From Cyanobacteria bacterium UBA2855 (GTDB lineage: Bacteria; Cyanobacteriota; Vampirovibrionia; Gastranaerophilales; Gastranaerophilaceae), in the NCBI GenBank assembly GCA_002350725.1, contig DEFJ01000025.1, positions 2,565 to 66,564 of the forward strand: a stretch of 64,000 bases of DNA. Reading direction: 5' to 3'. Every line of letters begins with the position of its first letter. The stretch's first letter is position 1. The translations under genes were made by a program, and so were the position numbers. The notes beneath the pieces are model-generated. The model was not told the DNA's origin. It searched no databases and was given only the letters and a program-made list of their open reading frames with translations. This document shows positions 39,400 through 47,356 of this stretch, in pieces.

Positions 39400-40362
39400 C
39401 TAATCCAACCTTAAAGTTTTAATTCGAGTAAGCGGCCAGAATAGAAATACGGCTCTGCCTATAAATCTTTCTTTTGGTAATAACCCCCAATATCTTCCGT
39501 CTTGAGAATTTCCTCTGTTATCTCCCAACATAAGATATTGTCCTTCCGGAATAATTTCCGGTCCGCAGTGCATACTCTCCGAACAAGGCGTATAATCATA
39601 CGGACTTTGTATATATAATTCTTCCAACGGTTTATCGTTTATATAAACCATACCCTTGCCATCAGCATCGAATTTAATTTCAAACTTTTCACCCGGCAAA
39701 CCCACTACACGTTTTATATACGCTATGTCTTTACAGAAAAAACCGGTCAATCTTGAAAAGACTTTTAACGGAGTATTTTTTAAAGTTTCAAACGGAGGAT
39801 AAAATACCATTATATCTCCACGTTCAGGAGCCCTATAAAAACGGGAATATCTCTCAACAAAAATTCTGTCACCCTCGTATAATGTCGGGTGCATAGAACC
39901 TGACGGAATCCAACGAATTTCACCGAGAAAAAATCTTATCAAAATTACCATAACTACAACAAATACGATGGTATCAACAGTTTCCCAAATAAAAGCTTTT
40001 ACCTTTTTACCTTTTCTGATAAAAACTTCCTTAGTCAATTCTTCCGGCTCGGTGTTAGCTTCTTCTTCATCCTCCCCAAAACCTAAAAATTCCAGTATAT
40101 TATTTTTCACCCCTATCCAAAATTGAAGAGTAAATATTGAAAAAATCCATTTAAAAAATTTTATAACATTATCTAATAAATCCTTAAAAATACGGACAGA
40201 AAAAACATATTTTACAAAATCCACAAAACTTCTACCGCAATCATCAATACGTTCCTTTAATGTTTTGCGCTCAATATTATCCTCCTCACCCTCTTTAGAA
40301 AGGATAATTTTTATTGCATCAATAAATTCCTCGTATGACATTTTTCCTATAAAATTACTCAT
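39400..40362 (-). CDS. lepB: Signal peptidase I with ~140-aa N-terminal extension
   Basis: SGSMHPTL (catalytic Ser box), YIKRVVGLPGE (Lys box), GDNRGNSQDGRYWG. Confidence 0.85.
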   Translation of the reverse strand: MSNFIGKMSYEEFIDAIKIILSKEGEEDNIERKTLKERIDDCGRSFVDFVKYVFSVRIFKDLLDNVIKFFKWIFSIFTLQFWIGVKNNILEFLGFGEDEEEANTEPEELTKEVFIRKGKKVKAFIWETVDTIVFVVVMVILIRFFLGEIRWIPSGSMHPTLYEGDRIFVERYSRFYRAPERGDIMVFYPPFETLKNTPLKVFSRLTGFFCKDIAYIKRVVGLPGEKFEIKFDADGKGMVYINDKPLEELYIQSPYDYTPCSESMHCGPEIIPEGQYLMLGDNRGNSQDGRYWGLLPKERFIGRAVFLFWPLTRIKTLRLD

Positions 40363-41221
40363 ATTTTAATAACTCCGTAAGCTCAATCAATGCCGTTTTA
40401 TATTTGTTATCTTTTATATTTTTAAGTTCACTGACAGCACTCTGTATGTAATTATCCGATAAACCAACGGCTTTTTCAATACCGGAGGAATACTTTTCCA
40501 CAGAACCCCCAAATATAACAGGCGCCGCATAAATGCCGTTTTTTATATCACCATTTACACTGTTTTCAACAACATTTTTTATATCATCCCTTAATTGAAA
40601 AGCTATACCAAAAGATTTTGCGAAATTTGATACTCTATAACCTTGACATCCAGAAATATTTATTGCGCCTGCAATAGCCATATTAAAAAGGGCTCCGGTT
40701 TTTTTGTATGTTTTATCAATATATTCTTCTAAACTCGGAATTTTATAGAGAGAATTTTGCTGAATTATCTCACCCAAACACATGTCCGACATTGTATTTG
40801 AAAATAACTCAAATATTTCCGCATTATGTAATTTACACAATAATTTTAAAGCTTTTGATATAACATAATCCCCCAGAATTACAGCAAGATGGTTCCCCTC
40901 AGAATAATTCAACGATAAATACCCGCGTCTGACCTTACTGTCATCAATTACATCATCATGAATCAATGAGGCATTATGTATCAACTCAATGACAGTTTGA
41001 AACAATATTTGTTTATCATCAATTGATATATCTAAAGAACGCAAATACAAAAAGGATAATACCGCCCTAATATGTTTAGACGGAGTACTAAAATATTCCG
41101 CTAGCCTTTCCAAAACAGGATTGTTATCGGGGAATTCGGCAAAAACTACTTTTTTAACCCTCTCTACATCGTCACTAACAAGCTCGTATATTTTTTTATA
41201 TTCGGTATTAAAATCTCTCAT
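40355..41221 (-). CDS. Polyprenyl diphosphate synthase (trans-IPPS)
   Basis: First DDxxD (LIHDDVIDDS) and second Asp-rich motif (FQLRDDIKN). Confidence 0.85.
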   Translation of the reverse strand: MRDFNTEYKKIYELVSDDVERVKKVVFAEFPDNNPVLERLAEYFSTPSKHIRAVLSFLYLRSLDISIDDKQILFQTVIELIHNASLIHDDVIDDSKVRRGYLSLNYSEGNHLAVILGDYVISKALKLLCKLHNAEIFELFSNTMSDMCLGEIIQQNSLYKIPSLEEYIDKTYKKTGALFNMAIAGAINISGCQGYRVSNFAKSFGIAFQLRDDIKNVVENSVNGDIKNGIYAAPVIFGGSVEKYSSGIEKAVGLSDNYIQSAVSELKNIKDNKYKTALIELTELLKYE

Positions 41222-41258
41222 AATCCGATTTTAACACAAATTTTTAGTTCTCACATAA

Positions 41259-41484
41259 CACGAGCGAAGCATCGCATGATGTGCCTCAGGCTTAACAAAT
41301 TCCGTCGGATAAATAATATCCTCAAAACAATTCTCAAATTTATCCATCGCGTTTCACGAGCGAAGCATCGCATGATGTGCCTCAGGCTTTACAATACATG
41401 TTAAATTCATAAGATAACCCAAACTCAAATCCTGCATTTTCCGTCGCACTACACGAGCGAAGCATCGCATGATGTGCCTCAGGC
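41259..41484. repeat. 3-copy tandem repeat (period 96-97 bp) with an invariant 33-bp core
   Basis: The core CACGAGCGAAGCATCGCATGATGTGCCTCAGGC is identical at 41259-41291, 41355-41387 and 41452-41484. The intervening 63/64 bp are AT-rich and only weakly related to each other. Confidence 0.9.
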
Positions 41485-41485
41485 A

Positions 41486-41516
41486 CAAAAAAAACGACTA
41501 AGTAGAACCCAGTCGT
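41486..41516 (-). terminator. Rho-independent terminator of filament paralog 2
   Basis: Minus strand: ACGACTgggttctacttAGTCGT followed by TTTTTTTT. Confidence 0.75.
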
Positions 41517-41561
41517 TGGAAATTAATAGGAAAAAGGAAAAAGGAAAGGAAATTTTTGTTA

Positions 41562-43055
41562 TTATGCTGAGAAAGTTTTGAAAGTATCAGATGTATTCTT
41601 TTCAATAACTTTAGATACAGCATCTTTTTCTGTTTGAATAGCTTTTTGCTCAGTATCAAGTTGTTTCAATCTCAATTCAAGATTTTTATCTTCAGCTTGA
41701 ATTACTTCAATTTTAGCGTTGATTTTTTCAACAGCTTGATCATATAAAGCTTTATCATATTCATATTGATTCATTGCATCGTTATATTTTTCTTGATCGG
41801 TAGCAGTTTCAGTTGTCAAAGGATAATCAACATAGATTAAAGAACCGTCATCTAATGCTGTCGGAATACTCAAGGTAATCAATCTGCCGGAAGAATCTTT
41901 TTCAATCTTACAATTTTGAACACCTTTAAATTCTTCAATTTTTTGTTCACTACCGATTGTGTAGCAGTTAATTTTTGATAAAGAAGTTTTTGTTGTTCCG
42001 TCATATATAGCATTTTCTAAATCATTTACCGCATAGAAGTATGGTCTGTGAATACCTGTAGTAGTATCAAGGGCATATCTGACCATCCAGTCTTTTTGAC
42101 CATATTTTTGAGTTAATAATTCTCTCCAAGCAGCTTCTTCTTTTAAAGTATTAGCAAGCTGAGTCGGAGATAAAGTGCTTAAATATTCATCGTCAGTCGC
42201 ATAAGAGCTTGTTGTAATGCTGTTTATTTGATCTTGAGTAAGGTAGTTTTTATTTGTTACTTGCTCATACGGTTCATAATAATAATTACCGTCTGCATTT
42301 TTTTCAATTAAAGTAGTACTGTATTCCGCATCATCCTCGGCATTACCGGTATTTACTTCATTATATAATGCAATAAGCAAATCATCTTCGGTTACCCCCG
42401 GTAAATCAGTACGATTTTCATCATCGTCAAGAGTGTAGAAACCGCCTGTTGCAGCATCTTTAAACACTTGAGATATAATTTTATTGGTTGTCTGATCGTA
42501 TTGGTAATATTCAAAATTAGCAATTTCGTTTTGCGGTACTTGTTGTCTTGGTTGTTTTTCATAAGCCAATTCTTCATAGTAAGGACCGGCAGCATCTGTC
42601 TTGACATTGTAAGTCTTACCATTAACAACTATAGAATTTCCAAGAGTAGTGGTACCCGTAAGAGAACCTAATTCTCTAAGATTTCTTGAACCTATAGCAT
42701 AGATATAATTACCTGCTGTACCCAACTGAGAAACAACACTTGTCGCAGCAGCAATTGCAGCATAATCGTCTTGCCATTTTGACAAATAACTCATTGTATA
42801 CATACCGTTTGATTGAGCAATCATAGAGGTAACAGTATTTGTTAAAGCCCCATCAGAGAATGTATAAATTGTTTTTGTATAACTGTCGACAGAAGGAGGT
42901 GTAGGTACTGACATACCTAACAAATCATTATAATAATTTGCAGATTCGTTAGATAACATTGTACGCTGTTGGTTAATCTGTTGACCTTCAAACTCGACAT
43001 TGTTTTGTCTTGCCGTAAGCCCTAAAAATCTAGCTTGTGATGCTGCCATTCCCAT
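41562..43055 (-). CDS. Filament-like protein, paralog 2 (497 aa)
   Basis: MGMAASQARFLGLTARQNNVEFEGQQINQQRT... and ...YNDAMNQYEYDKALYDQAVEKINAKIEVIQAEDKNLELRLKQLDTEQKAIQTEKDAVSKVIEKNTSDTFKTFSA match paralog 1. The core is unrelated. Confidence 0.85.
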   Translation of the reverse strand: MGMAASQARFLGLTARQNNVEFEGQQINQQRTMLSNESANYYNDLLGMSVPTPPSVDSYTKTIYTFSDGALTNTVTSMIAQSNGMYTMSYLSKWQDDYAAIAAATSVVSQLGTAGNYIYAIGSRNLRELGSLTGTTTLGNSIVVNGKTYNVKTDAAGPYYEELAYEKQPRQQVPQNEIANFEYYQYDQTTNKIISQVFKDAATGGFYTLDDDENRTDLPGVTEDDLLIALYNEVNTGNAEDDAEYSTTLIEKNADGNYYYEPYEQVTNKNYLTQDQINSITTSSYATDDEYLSTLSPTQLANTLKEEAAWRELLTQKYGQKDWMVRYALDTTTGIHRPYFYAVNDLENAIYDGTTKTSLSKINCYTIGSEQKIEEFKGVQNCKIEKDSSGRLITLSIPTALDDGSLIYVDYPLTTETATDQEKYNDAMNQYEYDKALYDQAVEKINAKIEVIQAEDKNLELRLKQLDTEQKAIQTEKDAVSKVIEKNTSDTFKTFSA

Positions 43056-43091
43056 AGTTGGATTTCCTTTCGATTAGTTCCTTATGTCATG

Positions 43092-43120
43092 ATATACGGC
43101 ACTCTCGATAGGAAACTTTA
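43092..43120 (-). promoter_or_regulatory. Candidate sigma-28-like promoter (TAAA-N16-GCCGTATAT) for filament paralog 2
   Basis: Shares AGTGCCGTATA with the paralog-1 upstream region. Sits 36 nt upstream of the ATG. Confidence 0.35.
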
Positions 43121-43148
43121 ATAATTTATCGCATCATGTTAAGTAATG

Positions 43149-44552
43149 TTAAGCTTGGTATGTCCACCACTTCCAAGATGGCTCTAAATTAACATCTTCC
43201 TGACTATAATAAGTTGCGATATGTTCTCTTATTTCGTCAAGTTCTTTAAAGCCCCACCACGCACCTTCGCTGACGCTATCTAAGTAATCTTCACCTGCTT
43301 GGTAAGCAACATGTTCACCCCATTTAGGTAAATTTGTAGGATATAAATATGCTGTGGCATGGGTCACTTCATGAACCATTACTTCAACCAAATCATACCA
43401 TTTTGTGCTTGAATTTTTTGCCATGTTTACATCTAAAAACATACCGCCCATACCATCACCCTCATCATCATCAGAATACCATGAGGTTCCGGCACTGTTC
43501 ATATAATACAAGTATACACCCAGCGTTGTTCCGCTACCGCTGCTGTCTTTATTTAAGTCATCATATGCAATTTTATTTGCAGCTTTTAATCTGGCAAGAG
43601 CATTTGCTTGATCTGTCATGCCGGCAGCATTAAAATATTCTTCCGTTCTTGCGATAACAAACGCTTTCTTTTGATCTAATGTCATTGCACTGAATTTTGC
43701 TTGAATTTTTGCGGCATAAGCCTCTATTCTTTGTTGATATTCACGTTCGACAGAATTTGCCAAATCCGAATCATTTGCTATCGTTCCTGTTTGAATATCA
43801 ATCATACTGTCAATTAAATCAGGATAAGCTTTTATAAATGCTTTAATTTCATCCGCTGACAATACACTGTTTGAATTGTCATCCAATACATTAAATACTT
43901 TATTTATCTGGCTGAAAAAATATCCGAAATCTTCTTCTAAATCATCATCTTGAGTCAATTTTACAAGTTGAGCTCTTGTAATACCTGTATCTTTTGTTAT
44001 AGAACCGTTTTTGGAATTTACATAAGTAAAAAACTTATCAAAAACAAGATTTACTTTTTCGTCTAACTCAGTTTCACTATCTCCGCCATCTTCACCCCCT
44101 GTAGGGTCAGTAGGATCGGTTGGATTTGTCGGATCGGTTGGATCTGTTGGATCTGTTGGATCCGTTGGATATATCGGTTCCTCTATAGGAAGCGTCGGAT
44201 TAGTCGGATTAGTTGAACCAGAAGATTTATGGTGCAATTCATAAATAACTTGTTTAATATCTTTAATTTGCTGTTCGGACAAATCACTAATAGTAATTGC
44301 ATACCCTTTTTTAATATTTTCCGTAGCCGTAGCATCATGAACACAAGAGTTCTTCGTATTGCCTGAAACGGCAATATGATTTGCTATACTAAATATGGTT
44401 TCATTCTCGTTTTCTTCCAAGACTTTTTCCACCAACTGTTTAATCTCCATGGCTTCATCCGGATTTTTCAAAGTGAAGTCTTTTGTAGTCTGCAAGTCAA
44501 CTTTCTTTTGTGTAGCTACCATCTTTAAAAACGGGGTATTTTGAATTTCCAT
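43149..44552 (-). CDS. HExxH (zincin-like) protein with (PTD/PTN)n linker and an EF-hand-like loop (467 aa)
   Basis: Start MEIQNTPF at 44552 has a strong SD (aaggag, 7 nt upstream). HEVTH is encoded at 43359-43373. The linker reads PTNPTNPTLPIEEPIYPTDPTDPTDPTDPTNPTDPTDPT. DDNSNSVLSADE fits the 12-residue EF-hand loop pattern. No signal peptide. Confidence 0.75.
   Translation of the reverse strand: MEIQNTPFLKMVATQKKVDLQTTKDFTLKNPDEAMEIKQLVEKVLEENENETIFSIANHIAVSGNTKNSCVHDATATENIKKGYAITISDLSEQQIKDIKQVIYELHHKSSGSTNPTNPTLPIEEPIYPTDPTDPTDPTDPTNPTDPTDPTGGEDGGDSETELDEKVNLVFDKFFTYVNSKNGSITKDTGITRAQLVKLTQDDDLEEDFGYFFSQINKVFNVLDDNSNSVLSADEIKAFIKAYPDLIDSMIDIQTGTIANDSDLANSVEREYQQRIEAYAAKIQAKFSAMTLDQKKAFVIARTEEYFNAAGMTDQANALARLKAANKIAYDDLNKDSSGSGTTLGVYLYYMNSAGTSWYSDDDEGDGMGGMFLDVNMAKNSSTKWYDLVEVMVHEVTHATAYLYPTNLPKWGEHVAYQAGEDYLDSVSEGAWWGFKELDEIREHIATYYSQEDVNLEPSWKWWTYQA
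44101..44170. repeat. 9-bp tandem repeat (GGATCNGTT)n encoding the (PTD)n linker
   Basis: ggatcggttggatttgtcggatcggttggatctgttggatctgttggatccgttgga: about 7 imperfect in-frame units. Confidence 0.85.
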
Positions 44553-44641
44553 AAAGTACTCCTTATATTCATCGTATATATCGGAATACTTTTTTATTAT
44601 CTTTAGTGATTTCAAAATATATGTTACAAATTTTTACATAC

Positions 44642-44665
44642 AAAAATACCGCTATAAAAGCGGTA
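44642..44665 (-). terminator. Rho-independent terminator after the 91-aa orphan gene
   Basis: Minus strand: TACCGCTtttatAGCGGTA followed by TTTTT. Confidence 0.7.
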
Positions 44666-44728
44666 CTCATTTAACAATATGTTTTGGGGTAAATATAAAT
44701 ATATATCGATATCTGAACAAGTGAACCA

Positions 44729-45004
44729 CTACCCTAAGAAAGAAATTCTCTGATCCGGAGTTTTACTTTGCATATTAGCTTGTTCAGATGAGGAAACTAC
44801 ATATTTATAAGTTCTTGCAATTTTCTTAATAACCGTTGAAATCGGGTTAGACGGCATAGAATTACTCAAATTACCCTCAAATTCTCTACGAGCATTTGGA
44901 TTTTGCAAAGCAAGAATCGCCATGTTCGGTGTTACAGTATTTCCATCACCGAAAGAAATGTACTGTTTAGATGTGTTAAATTTTACAGGATTAATTGTTA
45001 TCAT
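44729..45004 (-). CDS. Orphan small protein (91 aa)
   Basis: Strong SD gaggagga. Has its own consensus promoter and its own terminator. The sequence MITINPVKFNTSKQYISFGDG... has no recognisable motif. Confidence 0.7.
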   Translation of the reverse strand: MITINPVKFNTSKQYISFGDGNTVTPNMAILALQNPNARREFEGNLSNSMPSNPISTVIKKIARTYKYVVSSSEQANMQSKTPDQRISFLG

Positions 45005-45064
45005 ATGCTTCCTCCTCTCTTGAGGTTTATTAAGTGTTGTTTGAACACTTCATCTAACAATTTC

Positions 45065-45093
45065 AATATACATTATAAAAAATATTTTGTCAA
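45065..45093 (-). promoter_or_regulatory. Near-consensus promoter TTGACA-17-TATATT for the 91-aa gene
   Basis: Minus strand: ggggTTGACAaaatattttttataatgTATATTgaa. Confidence 0.6.
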
Positions 45094-45340
45094 CCCCTAT
45101 TATAAAGTTTTGTAAAGGTGGCTACAAACTAATTATATTAACACTTATGGATAAAGTGGCGAAAATACACTTATTCAAGATGTTTTCTGATTATTTTCAT
45201 TTTTAATCATATTTTTTTTAAAAAATACAAAAAAAATTCCTTACCAATAAAACTAGCCAAGTGGGCAATTGTATTAATGACACTTATTGCGTTTAATATA
45301 ATTAATCTTTTTCATACTTCCAGCTATTCTTAATTCCAAC

Positions 45341-45366
45341 GAGCCTCTTTCTGAGGCTCTTTTTTT
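45341..45366 (+). terminator. Strong intrinsic terminator whose U-tract is on the plus strand
   Basis: GAGCCTCtttctGAGGCTC followed by TTTTTTT on the + strand. On the minus strand the stem is followed only by GUUGGAAUU. Confidence 0.6.
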
Positions 45367-45378
45367 GCAGTATTGCTG

Positions 45379-45840
45379 CTATTTTGACAGATAACTTAAT
45401 ATTGCCCCGCCAATTTCTTCATTTGGATCAAACGGCACGGTCGCAGATTTACTCAAAGAATTTTGAATTAGAAAATTTAATAATACCCCAAATGCATCCG
45501 GAACTTGCGTTTTTCGATAAATTCCGGCCAAAAAGGTTTGAAGATAAGGAGATTTTGAGCTATTCAGACGTGATAAAGAAGGATACATTTTATCAATCCC
45601 TTTTGTACCGTTATCAAGCATGCGATTTAAAATATACAAAGTTTCTGTCAATTGAGCCTCATTTTGAGAATATTTTACAATTTCTTCCAAATACGGCAAA
45701 GCTTTTTCACCTTGTCGAACAAACATATCTGTTTTATTCTCATCAAATTTTATATAGTTATACTGTTTTTTAGGCATATATTGTGGTGTTGGGTATTGTA
45801 CATATTTAATATCTACAGGATTTCCTACCGGATTAATCAT
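45379..45840 (-). CDS. Orphan helical-repeat (HEAT/ARM-like) protein (153 aa)
   Basis: Start MINPVGNPV at 45840 has SD aaggag. The ORF-track start overlaps the upstream gene. The helical repeat pattern is ALPYLEEIVKYSQNEAQLTETLYILNRML. Confidence 0.65.
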   Translation of the reverse strand: MINPVGNPVDIKYVQYPTPQYMPKKQYNYIKFDENKTDMFVRQGEKALPYLEEIVKYSQNEAQLTETLYILNRMLDNGTKGIDKMYPSLSRLNSSKSPYLQTFLAGIYRKTQVPDAFGVLLNFLIQNSLSKSATVPFDPNEEIGGAILSYLSK

Positions 45841-45853
45841 GATTATCTCCTTT

Positions 45854-47356
45854 TTATGAATATACAAACGGAGGTCCGTTTTTAATTTCCAATAATATAT
45901 TTTCTGCCATGGTCTTGAGCTGTTCTTTAGGTTTACCCTCATCAACTTTTGAGAAAAACTCCTCGACGAGCGGCTTTATAGCGGCATCTTTCTTAGCTTT
46001 AAAATTTCTTAATTCAGTTGATATGAGTCTGCGCTGCAAATCTAACTCAGTTTGGGCATTAATTTTTTTGACCTGAACCTCTTTAATAGCATCTCCTACA
46101 ATTTTTCCTCCATAACTCACAGCCGCAAGAGCAGTTGTACCAAAGAAAAGTTGCTGAAATTGCTTGTTATCCGGTTCAATCAACAAATTATAGAAAAACG
46201 CTCTGTAATCATCAACAAAGGAAGAAAATGAAGGTTTTTGAGTCCCATCGCCACCGATATTTGGATTAACTTTTACTGTCGAAGTATTTATTTTATTCAT
46301 TACGCGAGTAACAAAGCGTTGCTTCTCTTTTTTAGACCACGAAGTATGTTTCACCACTTCATCAATATCTGATTGATTTGCATTTATAAATTGAAGCATG
46401 TTTTCCAAATAGTCTTGAACATATTTTTTATTCTTTGAAGATTTTGCAATTATTTGCATATCCTGCTTAGTTTTCTCAATAAACTTTTGAGTTTCAACTG
46501 TTCCTGCTCTCAAATTTTTCATTGAATAAAGCGACAGGGCAACAATAGATGCAAAAGTAGCCGAACCAAGTGCAAAATATTTAAAAAATCCGGAATGCTC
46601 TTTTTTATTGGCATCGGATGCTCCAAATGACAAATCTTTTGAAGATGTAAACATTCCAAATGGCTGTATTTTTGGCTCAGACGGCATAAGATATTCCGAG
46701 AAAAGTTTTGTTTTTTCGGAAAGCATATTTCTTATAATTTGCATTTTTCCGCTAAATGATTGAGTTTCAACCGCAATAAGATTTTCCTGCAAGTCTTTTT
46801 GAATATCAGCTTCACGCTTTTTTACCCAAACATCTTTAAATCCGTCAAGAAATGTTTTACCCATAAATGCAGTGGCGGTCAAGGTTAATACCCCAAGTCC
46901 GGCACGAACGGTTTTTCTGTTCGGGTTCTGAACCATTTGGACAATAGCCTGAACAGTTTCTTCATTAATTGATATATTACGGGTGAAGGAAGTTATCCAT
47001 TTTTCTTTTGCAATCTCGTTTGTAATTTTTGCATTACGTTTTACAAACGCTGATACGCCTGCGAATATTCCCATCACACCGACCGCTAAAGCGCTAATTG
47101 GGAGCAAACTGCGCTCAGGATTTGTCAAATTCTCACCCAATTGTTTTGGCAGTTTTGTATGGCTTGAAATTATCAATGTATCCCTTGTATCATCAAGATT
47201 ATAAGAATTTGGTAATACATTATTTTCATCATTATCTTTAATGAAATTGTTTACAATTACCCCTTCTTTTGTTTTATAACTGTTAACCTTTTGACTGGTA
47301 GTCAGATTTCTGTGCTGACGGCGAGTTTCACTATCATTAAATTGTATTTTATTCAT
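45854..47356 (-). CDS. Orphan membrane protein (500 aa, ~4 hydrophobic segments)
   Basis: TM-like segments LLPISALAVGVMGIFAGVSAFV, GLGVLTLTATAFMG, FKYFALGSATFASIVALSLYSM and LFFGTTALAAVSYGG. The ATG overlaps the upstream stop (ATGA). Confidence 0.8.
   Translation of the reverse strand: MNKIQFNDSETRRQHRNLTTSQKVNSYKTKEGVIVNNFIKDNDENNVLPNSYNLDDTRDTLIISSHTKLPKQLGENLTNPERSLLPISALAVGVMGIFAGVSAFVKRNAKITNEIAKEKWITSFTRNISINEETVQAIVQMVQNPNRKTVRAGLGVLTLTATAFMGKTFLDGFKDVWVKKREADIQKDLQENLIAVETQSFSGKMQIIRNMLSEKTKLFSEYLMPSEPKIQPFGMFTSSKDLSFGASDANKKEHSGFFKYFALGSATFASIVALSLYSMKNLRAGTVETQKFIEKTKQDMQIIAKSSKNKKYVQDYLENMLQFINANQSDIDEVVKHTSWSKKEKQRFVTRVMNKINTSTVKVNPNIGGDGTQKPSFSSFVDDYRAFFYNLLIEPDNKQFQQLFFGTTALAAVSYGGKIVGDAIKEVQVKKINAQTELDLQRRLISTELRNFKAKKDAAIKPLVEEFFSKVDEGKPKEQLKTMAENILLEIKNGPPFVYS

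Noticed and set aside
41259-41484. Possible mini-CRISPR array (33-bp repeats x3)
   Set aside because: The 'spacers' are 63-64 nt, far longer than usual, and are degenerate copies of one another rather than unique sequences. Only three units exist and no cas genes or leader are seen in 64 kb. It is better described as a tandem repeat with a conserved core.
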